DNA of 64,000 nucleotides from an uncultured Candidatus Peribacteria bacterium (lineage in GTDB: Bacteria; Patescibacteriota; Gracilibacteria; RBG-16-42-10), in contig CAZERA010000002.1 in the NCBI GenBank assembly GCA_964514565.1, positions 62,001 through 126,000 of the forward strand, written 5' to 3'. The translations under genes and the position numbers were made by a program. The first letter of the stretch is position 1, and each line of letters starts with the position of its first letter. Shown in pieces: positions 31,097 through 40,918 of the stretch. A model generated the notes under the pieces. It made no database searches, was not told the origin of the DNA, and saw only the letters and a program-made list of their open reading frames with translations.

Positions 31097-32381
31097 CCCT
31101 GGTCAGTTTGACCGCATTTTGGCCATAACAGTATTTGGCTTGATGCTTTTTGGTTTGATCATGATTAGTAGCGCCTCGGCAATTAATTCTTTCTTTAATA
31201 CCAAGGGACAAGCTACTGATTTTTACTTTTGGAACCAGCTCAAATCACTATTGGTAGCACTAGTAGCATGGTTGATAGTACAGCGTATCCCCTACCGTTT
31301 TTGGTATACCTATCGTTTTTATGTCTTGGGCTTTTCTTTATTGATGTTGGCTACAGTATTTACACCACTACGTTCCGACTATGGCACAATCGCCCGAGGT
31401 TGGCTCAATATTCCTTTTTTACCATCTATCCAACCTTCCGAAATTGCTAAAACTGGATTTATTGTTTATTTAGCTGGCTTCTTTGATGGTCTAGGACCAA
31501 AGCTTCGTGACTTCAAAAATGGATTCATCCCATTTGCCGTCATCGTAGGTCTATTTTTATTCTTCCTTATTGCTGAGCCAGACTTTGGTAGTATCCTGCT
31601 CTATAGCATGATTGCGGTCAGCATGTTTTTTGTAGCCCAAGGACGAGTCACTCATATTTTGACCAGTGGAGCACTATTAGCCATTCCGATGGCCGCTGTG
31701 ATGAGCCAGAAAAAATATATAGTGCAACGTTTCACCGCTTTTTTAAATCCAGGCAGTGACCCTAGCGGTATTGGTTATCAGATTCAACAAGCCTTGATCG
31801 CAATTGGCTCCGGAGGATTCTTTGGTTATGGCTTTGGTAACTCTCGTCAAAAGTTTGCCTACTTACCTGAGGCCCAGGGCGATGCAATTTTTGCGATAGC
31901 ATCAGAAGAGCTCGGTTTCTTACGTATTGCTCTCGTAATCGGCGCCTTCGCTATTATTGCTTGGCGTGGAATGAAAATAGCTGAGCATGCACCAGATCGT
32001 TTCGCCAAATATTTGGCTACAGGTATCGTTTGCTGGATTTGTTTTGAAGCATTCATTAATATGGGCGTAATTATGGCTATCTTGCCCAACACTGGGCTCA
32101 CTTTGCCATTTATTAGTTATGGTGGCTCATCATTACTCAGCAAAGCAGTCGCAGTCGGCATTTTAATTAATATCTCACGTTATTCTCGTGAAACTAGTCA
32201 TTACCGGCGGGGGCAGTGGGGGGCACACCCTTCCTTTGATCGCCGTCCTCTCAGTGCTAAAGCAACTCGCAGACAAACAAAATCTTGGTTTAGAGGTATC
32301 TTGGCTCGGTTCCAAAAAGGGTCCGGAATATCTGCTGAGTCAAGAACAAAACATTCCTTTTCATCACGTACCCGCAGGTAA
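31056..32381 (+). CDS. ftsW: Peptidoglycan glycosyltransferase FtsW
   Basis: IQPSEIAK, EPDFG, GYQ...AIGSGG, YLPEAQGDAIFA, LPFISYGGSS; upstream of murG. Confidence 0.95.
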   Translation: MRPKKSSTTASGVNPGQFDRILAITVFGLMLFGLIMISSASAINSFFNTKGQATDFYFWNQLKSLLVALVAWLIVQRIPYRFWYTYRFYVLGFSLLMLATVFTPLRSDYGTIARGWLNIPFLPSIQPSEIAKTGFIVYLAGFFDGLGPKLRDFKNGFIPFAVIVGLFLFFLIAEPDFGSILLYSMIAVSMFFVAQGRVTHILTSGALLAIPMAAVMSQKKYIVQRFTAFLNPGSDPSGIGYQIQQALIAIGSGGFFGYGFGNSRQKFAYLPEAQGDAIFAIASEELGFLRIALVIGAFAIIAWRGMKIAEHAPDRFAKYLATGIVCWICFEAFINMGVIMAILPNTGLTLPFISYGGSSLLSKAVAVGILINISRYSRETSHYRRGQWGAHPSFDRRPLSAKATRRQTKSWFRGILARFQKGSGISAESRTKHSFSSRTRR

Positions 32382-33294
32382 ACTTCGTCGCTATTTTGAT
32401 TGGCACAATTTCACTGATGTTTTCAAAACGGTGATTGGGGTAGTAAAAGCATGGTGGTTTTTGGGTAAAATCAAACCGCAGGTTATTTTCTCCAAAGGCG
32501 GCTTTGGCAGCTTCCCGACAGTATTTGCAGGCTGGATGCGCGGGATCAAGGTCATAGCTCATGAGTCAGACGCAGTTCCTGGTCTCACTACGCGACTTTG
32601 CTTTCCTTTTGTCACAAAACAATGTTTAGGTTTTGCTGCTAGTAAAAAGCACTTCCACAAATCACAAGGAAAATTACTCTATACAGGCGTTCCTTTACGT
32701 GCTGCTATTTTAAATGGCGACAGTGAAAAAGGATTAAACTTTTTAGGCTTAACAAAAAAAACAAAACCAATTCTACTAGTGATGGGCGGTAGTCTAGGAG
32801 CTAATGCCATCAATCAAATGATCGCCACCATCCTGTCCAAGCTACTCAACCAATATACCGTAGTACATAGTACGGGACCTCAAAAGAGTTTGGTACCGAA
32901 TCATCCAGGTGATTACTTTCCCTATGAAACACTCAATGAGAGCTTAGCAGACCTTTACCAAGCAGCAGACTTAATCATTAGTCGAGCAGGCGCTAGTACC
33001 GTTTGCGAAGTGCTTACCCTTGAGAAACCAGCTATCTTCATCCCATTACCACGCAGTCAGAGCCGTGGTGACCAAATAGTAAATTGTGCCCTGATCAAGG
33101 ATTTGCCATCCCTTGTGGTACTAGATCAAGATCAACTCACCCCAGCCCTGCTTTTGTCCCAAATCAACACTATGTGCCAATCAATCAAAAATGGTTATGA
33201 TACCAATGGTTGGTCAGCATTTTCTTGTAAACACAGCAGTGAAACAATAGCAAAGCTGCTACTTAGCTATTTAGCCCCTTCTAACTCACATTGA
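32188..33294 (+). CDS. murG: Lipid II GlcNAc transferase MurG
   Basis: TGGGSGGH, KGGF, HESD, GGSLGA, ISRAGA, DQIVN; GTG start inside the ftsW 3' end. Confidence 0.96.
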   Translation: MKLVITGGGSGGHTLPLIAVLSVLKQLADKQNLGLEVSWLGSKKGPEYLLSQEQNIPFHHVPAGKLRRYFDWHNFTDVFKTVIGVVKAWWFLGKIKPQVIFSKGGFGSFPTVFAGWMRGIKVIAHESDAVPGLTTRLCFPFVTKQCLGFAASKKHFHKSQGKLLYTGVPLRAAILNGDSEKGLNFLGLTKKTKPILLVMGGSLGANAINQMIATILSKLLNQYTVVHSTGPQKSLVPNHPGDYFPYETLNESLADLYQAADLIISRAGASTVCEVLTLEKPAIFIPLPRSQSRGDQIVNCALIKDLPSLVVLDQDQLTPALLLSQINTMCQSIKNGYDTNGWSAFSCKHSSETIAKLLLSYLAPSNSH

Positions 33295-33297
33295 TCA

Positions 33298-34761
33298 ATG
33301 GAAAACGGACACAAAATAGCCACTAATACGATCGCTCAAATTGTTTCTAGATTATTCAACGCGGTGCTCAGTGTGGTGATTATCAAAATAATCACCAATT
33401 ATCTCAAGGCATCAGGATATGGAGAATATACCCTTGTATACGAACTAGTTGGCTTTTTTGGACTAGCCTGTGACCTTGGCCTCTTTACTTTGGCAGTAGA
33501 TGAAATGTCCAAAAACAAAGAAAAAATGCAGCGTATTCTCGGGAATATGCTGGGACTCAGGTTCTTGTTGATCTTGATCATCGGCCTGTTCACTTGTGGA
33601 CTGGCCATGTTTATCCCCAATTTCAGTCCAGTGATGGTGATTTCAGTGATCATCGCTGTTATTGGTATGGGCGCCAATCTGATCTCCTCCACAGCCTCAG
33701 CCACACTTCAGGTTAATCTCAAGATGCCGACCTATGCTACAGCTGTAATCATCGGCAAAATAATCAGTGTGATTTATATTGCCCTCAGTGCTTGGTACAA
33801 CTGGGGCTTTATTCATCTGATCATCGCCGGTACACTCAATAACTTCTACGTGTGTATAGTGACACTCTACGCATCACATAAACTATTACCATTACGCATT
33901 TACTTTGAACGTGCTGAGATAATGCGAATGCTCAAAAAAAGTGCAGTATATGGCACTGCCTTGATCCTTGGTTCCATCTACCTACGCGTAAACAGTCTTG
34001 TACTAGGACATCTCCAAAGTGAAGAAGTAGTCGGTGTATTTGGTGTAGCACTCAGAAGTTACGAGCTACTGCTCCTGATCCCCTTTAGCTTCATGAACTC
34101 GGTATTACCTAGTCTCTCTCAACACATCAATACTGAAAAGTTCGATCATCTACTTCAAAAATCCTGGGATGTACTAATCATGACTGGACTGGGCATGGGA
34201 GTAGGCAGCTTCATCATGGCGGAAGAAATGATTAAATTGATCTCTACCGGTGATGACTTCAGTCCTGCCGCTGTCTTGATGAGAATTTTAGTAATAGCGA
34301 GCGCATTCAACTTTCTATCTAGCTTATTCCAATACGTACTAGTGAGCGTCAACAAAGTAAAACTCTTTTGGTTAGTCACTTTAGTAGAAGCGATAGCAGC
34401 TATCACTTTTGCCCGTGTATTTATTCCCCAACAAGGCTTCTTTGGACAAGCCAAAGCTGCCGCATGGGCAATTGTACTAGCTCAAATGATTCACTTTATA
34501 GGTTTGATGTGGGCAGCAAAGTCTGTCAGAAAGATTTCATTACGCTTCCGCACGACATTGGCCACCGTATTATCAGGCATAGCTTGTGGCGGCTACCTGA
34601 TCTTGATCAAGCCATATATCATGCATCTCTCACCACTAATCAGTCTACCTATAGCGTTCGGTACTGGAGGTATACTCTATGTATACTTACTCACCAAGAC
34701 AGGTGGCCTGTCCAGCGATCTCAGTCGAGTAGTGTTTGAAAAAATAATGAGAAAAAAGTAG
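33298..34761 (+). CDS. MOP-superfamily flippase (Wzx/MurJ-like)
   Basis: KIATNT...YGEY...DLGL; about 14 TM helices. Confidence 0.88.
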   Translation: MENGHKIATNTIAQIVSRLFNAVLSVVIIKIITNYLKASGYGEYTLVYELVGFFGLACDLGLFTLAVDEMSKNKEKMQRILGNMLGLRFLLILIIGLFTCGLAMFIPNFSPVMVISVIIAVIGMGANLISSTASATLQVNLKMPTYATAVIIGKIISVIYIALSAWYNWGFIHLIIAGTLNNFYVCIVTLYASHKLLPLRIYFERAEIMRMLKKSAVYGTALILGSIYLRVNSLVLGHLQSEEVVGVFGVALRSYELLLLIPFSFMNSVLPSLSQHINTEKFDHLLQKSWDVLIMTGLGMGVGSFIMAEEMIKLISTGDDFSPAAVLMRILVIASAFNFLSSLFQYVLVSVNKVKLFWLVTLVEAIAAITFARVFIPQQGFFGQAKAAAWAIVLAQMIHFIGLMWAAKSVRKISLRFRTTLATVLSGIACGGYLILIKPYIMHLSPLISLPIAFGTGGILYVYLLTKTGGLSSDLSRVVFEKIMRKK

Positions 34762-34782
34762 CCTAAAACTATCCTACAAAAA

Positions 34783-34812
34783 CTTTTACTTCTTCCCTCT
34801 TACCTTTTACCT
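34783..34812 (+). repeat. Solo pyrimidine heptamer arm upstream of hsp20
   Basis: CTTTTAC TTCTTCC CTCTTAC CTTTTAC CT. Confidence 0.6.
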
Positions 34813-34822
34813 AAACAAAAAA

Positions 34823-35236
34823 ATGGCCTCCCTCTTTAAGAAAAATACTAGTAGTAAAGTAACCACTCCAGTCAGTAGTACCACCAAGCAAGAAGGCCAA
34901 CTAGTGGTCGATGTGTACCAAACACCAGATAGCATTGTGATTCGCACTCCAGTGGCAGGGGTAAAGTTGGCTGATATTCATATTACTATCAATGACAACA
35001 CCCTCACTATCAAAGGCGAGCGTACTCATGCTGATAGCATTGCTGAGGGAGATTACCTACTCAAAGAATGTTATTGGGGAGCTTTCTCGAGAAGCTTAGT
35101 GATGCCATTCAATCTCAGTCCAGAAAAGATTCAGGCTTTTTTCAAAGATGGTATTCTCAAAATTGTCATTCCACACCAACAAGCCAATGAAAAGGCGATT
35201 AAAATTACCGAACTAAGTACTGAAAACAATGAATAA
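34823..35236 (+). CDS. Hsp20/alpha-crystallin small heat shock protein
   Basis: VDVYQT, LTIKGER, ECYWGAFSRS, A.FKDGILKI. Confidence 0.93.
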   Translation: MASLFKKNTSSKVTTPVSSTTKQEGQLVVDVYQTPDSIVIRTPVAGVKLADIHITINDNTLTIKGERTHADSIAEGDYLLKECYWGAFSRSLVMPFNLSPEKIQAFFKDGILKIVIPHQQANEKAIKITELSTENNE

Positions 35237-36107
35237 GCCAATTACCAAGGCAGTGATTCTTGCTGCCGGCTGGGGCACTCGTTTACTACCGGCTACCAAA
35301 AGCATCGCTAAACCAATGCTGCCAATCGTAGATAGACCTGCGATTGATTATATTATTCAAGATCTAGTCGATGCCGGCATCCAAGATATTATTATCGTAG
35401 GCAAACAATCATTTGACCAAATCGAGACATACTTAGACCGCAATTTAGAATTGGAACAAATGTTAACTAGCGAAAATAAAACTGACTATCTCAAAGCGAT
35501 TACAAAATTCAATGACATTCATTTCACATTTGTACGCCAAGGCCAAATGGGTGGGCCGGGAGACGCAGTAATGTCAGCTCATCATTTGATCAAGGACGAA
35601 GACGCAGTAGTAGTATTTTATAGCGACGACATCGCTTACCCTCACACATGTATTAAAGCAATGCTCGCTCAGTACAAAGAATACCCAGGCGCATATGTTT
35701 CACTTCAGAAGATGCCACTAGAAAAGATTCATAGTTATGGAGTGGTAGCAGTTGAAAGTGATGTTAACGATAGGTTGAAGAAGCTAAAAGCAATTGTAGA
35801 AAAACCCTCAGCAGCTGAAGCCCCATCGCAATTAGCAGTGATGACACCTAACATAGTGACCCGTGAAGTAATTGAGATCTTAGCCAAAAGACCAAAATTA
35901 AATCAGAAAGATCACTCCATTTTGACTCCGGCGATTGGCGAAGCAATCGGATTGTGTCCAGTATATGGCTATTTAGCTGAAGAAGAATGGGTAGAAACAG
36001 GCAACAAATTAGGATTACTCAAGGCCCAAGTATTATTCGGCTTAGCAGATCCCAGTATTCAAACCGAGCTCAAACAATTTTTGCAGAAAATAGTCCAATC
36101 AAACTAA
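35229..36107 (+). CDS. galU: UTP--glucose-1-phosphate uridylyltransferase-like
   Basis: KAVILAAGWGTRLLPATK, VRQ, YGVV, VEKP. Confidence 0.85.
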   Translation: MNKPITKAVILAAGWGTRLLPATKSIAKPMLPIVDRPAIDYIIQDLVDAGIQDIIIVGKQSFDQIETYLDRNLELEQMLTSENKTDYLKAITKFNDIHFTFVRQGQMGGPGDAVMSAHHLIKDEDAVVVFYSDDIAYPHTCIKAMLAQYKEYPGAYVSLQKMPLEKIHSYGVVAVESDVNDRLKKLKAIVEKPSAAEAPSQLAVMTPNIVTREVIEILAKRPKLNQKDHSILTPAIGEAIGLCPVYGYLAEEEWVETGNKLGLLKAQVLFGLADPSIQTELKQFLQKIVQSN

Positions 36108-36805
36108 AAGAATTTCTCAAAGTAAATCGCTTCTTTGGGTACTGCATGCTTCAAAAGAATATCAATGGCATCTCTTAGCATCATTTGGCCGCCACAGAGG
36201 TAGAAACTAGTCTTAGGAAGTGCTGGTAACATTTCTTGTAATTTACCAGTTACACGCCCTGAAAATAGCCCAGGAATAGATTCTCTAGAAACACAAAGGT
36301 CATAACTAAAATTGGGAAACTGTTTTTGCCATGACGCAAAAAGATCCAAGTAGAACAAATCCGCCTTGGTCTTTTCACCAAATAACAAATGAATAGGTCT
36401 GGTCTCTCCATCAAGCAGAGCTTGCTCAATCATCGACTTGAGAGGAGCCACACCGGTACCAGTGCCCACCATCACAATCTTTTCAATTTGCGGATCAGAC
36501 TTAAAAACAAACCGACCAAACGTTCCCTTTAGTACCACCTCATCACCTTCCTTCAAATTCCAAATATAATTAGATGCTACTCCATCAGGCACACGTTTCA
36601 CACAAAACTCAATACTATCTTTTTGATGTGGAGCAGAAGAAATCGAATAAGCTCTCACGACCCTAGGACTGGCTTGAAGAAACAAGTATTGACCAGCAAT
36701 AAAAGTATATTCTTTAGGCTTAATCAACTCAAAAGTAGTCAAACAAACATCAGCAGTCACATAGATATTGGAACGAACTCGAGCATGAAGATCAAGAAAA
36801 GGCAT
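36104..36805 (-). CDS. FAD/NAD(P)-binding ferredoxin reductase-type oxidoreductase
   Basis: RAYSISS, GVASNY, GTGTGVAP, YLCG, EKF. Confidence 0.92.
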   Translation of the reverse strand: MPFLDLHARVRSNIYVTADVCLTTFELIKPKEYTFIAGQYLFLQASPRVVRAYSISSAPHQKDSIEFCVKRVPDGVASNYIWNLKEGDEVVLKGTFGRFVFKSDPQIEKIVMVGTGTGVAPLKSMIEQALLDGETRPIHLLFGEKTKADLFYLDLFASWQKQFPNFSYDLCVSRESIPGLFSGRVTGKLQEMLPALPKTSFYLCGGQMMLRDAIDILLKHAVPKEAIYFEKFF

Positions 36806-36814
36806 GGAAGATTT

Positions 36815-36951
36815 AGATCAGAGATACGAGGTCAGAGGACAGAGATATGGACCAGATTGCCCCTAAAATAACACGAGACTACTACAGCGCAAAATCAAAA
36901 TCTCTGATCTCTTCCCGCATGCGCGGGATCGCACCGCTGATCTAGTTCTCT
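36815..36951. repeat. Gene-less heptamer inverted-repeat element (AGATCAG/CTGATCT type) containing a REP-like palindrome
   Basis: AGATCAG AGATACG AGGTCAG AGGACAG AGATATG ... TCTCTGATCTC[TCCCGCATGCGCGGGA]...CTGATCTAGTTCTCT. Confidence 0.65.
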
Positions 36952-36958
36952 CCCCCCC

Positions 36959-36987
36959 TTGCGTCGAGCTTCAGAACCACGTATATT
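36959..36987 (+). promoter_or_regulatory. Sigma70-type promoter for secE-nusG-rplK-rplA
   Basis: TTGCGT-17 nt-TATATT. Confidence 0.5.
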
Positions 36988-37028
36988 ACCTCCGTCTGAG
37001 CCCCCCAGCGGGCTTTTTAAAGATCTCT

Positions 37029-37226
37029 ATGAGAAAGCTCACCAACTATATCAGCAGCTCTGTAGAAGAATTGCGAAAAGTAGCATGGCCTACACGTAAA
37101 CAAGCAGTGGACAGTACTTTGATTGTACTAGGTATCACTATCGTAGCAGCTGCCTTTATTACTGTGTTGGATTATGCATTCCAACACGGATATCGATATA
37201 TCTCTGCATTCTTAAGCGGTTCTTAA
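37029..37226 (+). CDS. secE: Preprotein translocase subunit SecE
   Basis: ELRKVAWPTR motif, single TM helix, precedes nusG. Confidence 0.96.
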   Translation: MRKLTNYISSSVEELRKVAWPTRKQAVDSTLIVLGITIVAAAFITVLDYAFQHGYRYISAFLSGS

Positions 37227-37238
37227 TCTACTTTCTGT

Positions 37239-37781
37239 ATGGCTAAACAAGAAAGCCAAGGTCGTAAATGGTATGTACTCCATACTTATTCTGGTTATGA
37301 AGACGCTGTATCAGAAGCTCTGAAACAACGTATCGAGACTATGAATATGCAAGATTTCATCTTTGATGTGATCGTGCCCAAAGAAACTCAAATCGAAGTC
37401 AAAAAAGGTGAACAAAAATTGATCGAGAAGCGCATGTTTCCTGGCTATGTGATCGTCAATATGGTGGTGACTGACGAATCTTGGTACGTAGTACGCAATA
37501 CTCCAAATGTGACAGGATTCATTGGTTCAGGTACTATCCCGGTCCCAGTCACTGACGAAGAAATCAAACGTATTCGTAAGCGTATGGGTATGAAGGAGCC
37601 TAAGTTCAAGGCAAACTTCTCAATGGGAGAAATTGTGTCCATTACTGAAGGTCCATTTGCAGGTTATCAAGGCACTATTAGTGAAATTGATGAGAACAAA
37701 GGTAAGATCAAAGTATTGGTATCAATCTTCAACCGTGAAACTCCTGTAGAACTAGAATTTACCCAGGTTACTAAAGTTTAA
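37239..37781 (+). CDS. nusG: Transcription factor NusG
   Basis: [29 protein letters not shown] domain, RETPVEL. Confidence 0.99.
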   Translation: MAKQESQGRKWYVLHTYSGYEDAVSEALKQRIETMNMQDFIFDVIVPKETQIEVKKGEQKLIEKRMFPGYVIVNMVVTDESWYVVRNTPNVTGFIGSGTIPVPVTDEEIKRIRKRMGMKEPKFKANFSMGEIVSITEGPFAGYQGTISEIDENKGKIKVLVSIFNRETPVELEFTQVTKV

Positions 37782-37801
37782 TCATTCCTAACTCCACGTA
37801 T

Positions 37802-38227
37802 ATGGCTAAGAAAATATTAGTCAAAGTTAAAATCCAAGCCAAGGCTGGCAAAGCCAATCCTGCTCCACCTATCGGAACAGCTCTCGGACCCCACGGTATC
37901 AACATCCAACAATTCTGCCAACAATTCAACGAGAAAACTCGTGATATGGGCGATCTGTTGATTCCTGCAATTATTACTATTTACGCTGACCGTAGTTTTG
38001 ACTTCATCCTCAAGACACCTCCAGCTTCTGTACTGATTTTGAAAGAAATCAGCGTAGAAAAAGGATCAGGACAGCCAAATAAGACTAAGGTTGGTAAAAT
38101 TACTTCTGTTCAACTACGTAAAATCGCCGAGGCCAAAATGGTTGACCTCAACACCACCTCCGTCGATCAAGCAGTACGCATGATTGCCGGCACCGCGCGT
38201 AGCATGGGTATAACGGTGGAAGATTAA
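37802..38227 (+). CDS. rplK: 50S ribosomal protein L11
   Basis: [30 protein letters not shown]. Confidence 0.99.
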   Translation: MAKKILVKVKIQAKAGKANPAPPIGTALGPHGINIQQFCQQFNEKTRDMGDLLIPAIITIYADRSFDFILKTPPASVLILKEISVEKGSGQPNKTKVGKITSVQLRKIAEAKMVDLNTTSVDQAVRMIAGTARSMGITVED

Positions 38228-38238
38228 TTAATCTTTCT

Positions 38239-38925
38239 ATGAAACGTTCTAAAAAATATCGTGCAGCTCAAGAAAAAGTGCAACATGACAAAATCTATAC
38301 TCTAGAAGAAGCATGCAAACTTTTGACTGAAACTAGCACCACTAAGTTTGATTCAACTGTCGAAGTACATTTCAACCTCAATATCGATCCAAAGTATCCT
38401 GATCAACAAATCCGCACAACAGTATCTTTACCTCACGGTAGTGGTAAAACCAAAAAGATTGCTGCGTTCGTAAGTGATGATCAAGTAGATGCTGCTAAAA
38501 AAGCTGGTGCTGATATTGCTGGTTCTGATGATTTGATTGAGAAAGTAGCAAAAGAAAACTTCACAGATTTCGATGTAGCGATTGCTACACCTGAATCTAT
38601 GCGCAAAATGGCTAAGATCGGTAAGATCTTGGGTACAAAAGGTTTGATGCCAAATCCTAAATCTGGAACAGTGACTACTGATATCGTAGCTACTATTCAA
38701 GAAATCAAAAAGGGTCGTGTTGAATTCCGTAATGATCCTCAAGGTAATGTGCATGTAGTGGGTGGAAAAGTGTCTTTTGGTACTGACAAACTGATCGAAA
38801 ACGTTCGTGCAGTGATTGAGGCGATCAAGAATGCTCGTCCTACAGGTGTCAAAGCTATTTATATCAATAGCGTCACACTCACAAGCACTATGGGTCCTGG
38901 TATTAAATTGTCATTCACTCAATAA
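38239..38925 (+). CDS. rplA: 50S ribosomal protein L1
   Basis: KFDSTVE, LPHGSGK, GLMPNPKSGTV, STMGPGI. Confidence 0.99.
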   Translation: MKRSKKYRAAQEKVQHDKIYTLEEACKLLTETSTTKFDSTVEVHFNLNIDPKYPDQQIRTTVSLPHGSGKTKKIAAFVSDDQVDAAKKAGADIAGSDDLIEKVAKENFTDFDVAIATPESMRKMAKIGKILGTKGLMPNPKSGTVTTDIVATIQEIKKGRVEFRNDPQGNVHVVGGKVSFGTDKLIENVRAVIEAIKNARPTGVKAIYINSVTLTSTMGPGIKLSFTQ

Positions 38926-38940
38926 AACGATTACGTTTTA

Positions 38941-38986
38941 TCAAAAAAAGAGTCCTGAGGTTTTAAAACCCAGGACTCTTTTTTGA
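38941..38986. terminator. Bidirectional intrinsic terminator
   Basis: TCAAAAAAAGAGTCCTG...CAGGACTCTTTTTTGA between convergent rplA and the STAS gene. Confidence 0.9.
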
Positions 38987-38998
38987 TTATGCTAGTGG

Positions 38999-39361
38999 TT
39001 AAAGTACCCCTTGTTCAGCAGCAGTAATATTTTCGTAAACAGGAATAATCTGTGTAATACCAACTACATCTAAAATATCAAAAATAGTAGATTTAACTCT
39101 AATCATCACGATCTTCCCCCCTTTGTCACTCAGCTTGTTGTACCAATCAGTAAGATAGCCGAGACCTTTACTATTGATGTATGAGAGATCTTTGGCATCA
39201 AAGACGAAGTAAGTACCATCTGGCACCAAGCGAATCGCCTCATACATGGTCTCAGCGTGTTTATCAACATTGCTTTCATCCAATTCTCCTCGCATCACAA
39301 TATGTTTAGCCGCAAATTTACCGAACTTGCCATCACTGATTGCGAATGCAAACTTAGTCAT
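38999..39361 (-). CDS. STAS-domain anti-anti-sigma factor (RsbV/SpoIIAA-like)
   Basis: GELD, LSYINSKGLG with the conserved phospho-Ser, ILDVVGI. Confidence 0.9.
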   Translation of the reverse strand: MTKFAFAISDGKFGKFAAKHIVMRGELDESNVDKHAETMYEAIRLVPDGTYFVFDAKDLSYINSKGLGYLTDWYNKLSDKGGKIVMIRVKSTIFDILDVVGITQIIPVYENITAAEQGVL

Positions 39362-39824
39362 AAGAAATAGAATCAGATAGTAAAGGTACGGTTTTGACCA
39401 CTATAACACGCAAACCACCTGCACGCTTTTTACTAAATCGCATCTCATCTGTCCAGTGCATCACAATCTCCAAACCTCGGCCATGAATCCGTTTGTATGG
39501 CTTGTGCTCCTTGCGAGCTGCCACTGCATGCGAGAGATTGCGGTAACGTTGCATAATCAGCAGGTTGCTTGTGTCATCGATACTGAGCTGTACTCGCACT
39601 TTGTCATGAAAGAAAACCAACTTCACAACTACATCCAATTGATAATCATCAAAACGATGATTACAGGCATTGGCAATCAACTCCGAAGCCACAATTACCA
39701 ACCGACTATTCCACAGCTCACTAGCAATATTTGCCGTAAGAAACTCAGACAAATCATGACGCAAGACATCAGGTTTGTATAAGTTACTAATCACCTCCAT
39801 TTTCCAAAGTTTTGTTTTTAGCAT
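39354..39824 (-). CDS. RsbW/SpoIIAB-like anti-sigma serine kinase (HATPase_c)
   Basis: SELIANACNH N-box and HGRGLEIV G2-box; lies between PP2C and STAS genes. Confidence 0.8.
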   Translation of the reverse strand: MLKTKLWKMEVISNLYKPDVLRHDLSEFLTANIASELWNSRLVIVASELIANACNHRFDDYQLDVVVKLVFFHDKVRVQLSIDDTSNLLIMQRYRNLSHAVAARKEHKPYKRIHGRGLEIVMHWTDEMRFSKKRAGGLRVIVVKTVPLLSDSISYD

Positions 39825-40771
39825 GGCGGTCGAGTCAGTACCATCAAGGTAATATCATCATGCTGCTTCGGACTAAGAGCAAAGTCTGCTATTTCTTTCG
39901 AAAGTGATTCAAAAATAGCTTGAGCAGATTTTGCATGGGCATACTGATTAGTCCAAGCGGAAAGACCTGCCAAACCTAAACGATCTCCATTCCTACCTAC
40001 TAATTCACTAATACCATCTGTAGCTACAACCAAGCTATCCCCCTCTCTAAACTTTACTTTCTTTTCCTCCAAATAGGGTTTGATATTCTCAATCATCCCT
40101 AGTGCAATCCCACCTCCTTTAACCTTGTTAGTTTGCTTAATATCACTATCCCAACGAAGCAAATAACCAAATCCAGCTGAAACCATAGTTAATTCTTGAG
40201 TACTTCGCTGCCACGAGAGCAGGATCATACTAGCAAAAAGACTAGGATCGATTCGTTTATAAAGAATTTTGTTCATTTCAGTGAGCATGTCTACCAAGGA
40301 TAATGATTGCTGACTAAAAGCATAAAACATCGTATCAATCATAATACTGATAATTCCTGATGGTAGCCCATGACCAGCCACATCGCCCATAGCAAAAACA
40401 ACATGATCGGCATCAGGCTCAACAATTTGATAAAAATCCCCACCAATCTCTTCAGAAGGCCGCGAACGAACAAAACAATCCAATCCTTTGATTTGAGGAA
40501 TATGTGCAGGTAAAAGCTGCTTTTGAATTTTCTCAGCAATAGCCAAGCTGGTCCCCATCCTTTTTTTGTCTTCATCCTCCGGCAGTACCGGCTGATGAGA
40601 CCTAGATAAAGCATTGGTATACCAGATATAAGCCAAAAGAATCGTATTCATAGCGGCCAAAGCGATTACTACCACAGTACGCTTGTCGGCATACCAACCA
40701 CCAAGACATAGCAAAACAATCCAACAAATCAGTACAGTAGACCAAACTATTCTTTGCCAACTAAAACGCAT
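39818..40771 (-). CDS. SpoIIE/RsbU-type PP2C phosphatase with two N-terminal TM helices
   Basis: IGGDFY, GDVAGHG, TDGISE, DDITL. Confidence 0.93.
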   Translation of the reverse strand: MRFSWQRIVWSTVLICWIVLLCLGGWYADKRTVVVIALAAMNTILLAYIWYTNALSRSHQPVLPEDEDKKRMGTSLAIAEKIQKQLLPAHIPQIKGLDCFVRSRPSEEIGGDFYQIVEPDADHVVFAMGDVAGHGLPSGIISIMIDTMFYAFSQQSLSLVDMLTEMNKILYKRIDPSLFASMILLSWQRSTQELTMVSAGFGYLLRWDSDIKQTNKVKGGGIALGMIENIKPYLEEKKVKFREGDSLVVATDGISELVGRNGDRLGLAGLSAWTNQYAHAKSAQAIFESLSKEIADFALSPKQHDDITLMVLTRPPC

Positions 40772-40858
40772 TGATTTCTCTTTTTAGATAATATCATTCC
40801 ATTATACCAAAATTTTGCTAAAAAGTATCCTATAATTGTGAGTCAGCCTATAACTACT

Positions 40859-40894
40859 AAAAAGAGCCTGGTCAGCAACGACACAGGCTCTTTT
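40859..40894 (-). terminator. Intrinsic terminator after hppA
   Basis: AAAAGAGCCTG...CAGGCTCTTTT stem with flanking A/T tracts. Confidence 0.75.
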
Positions 40895-40918
40895 GTTCTC
40901 ACAAGTAGCTTTTGGAGC

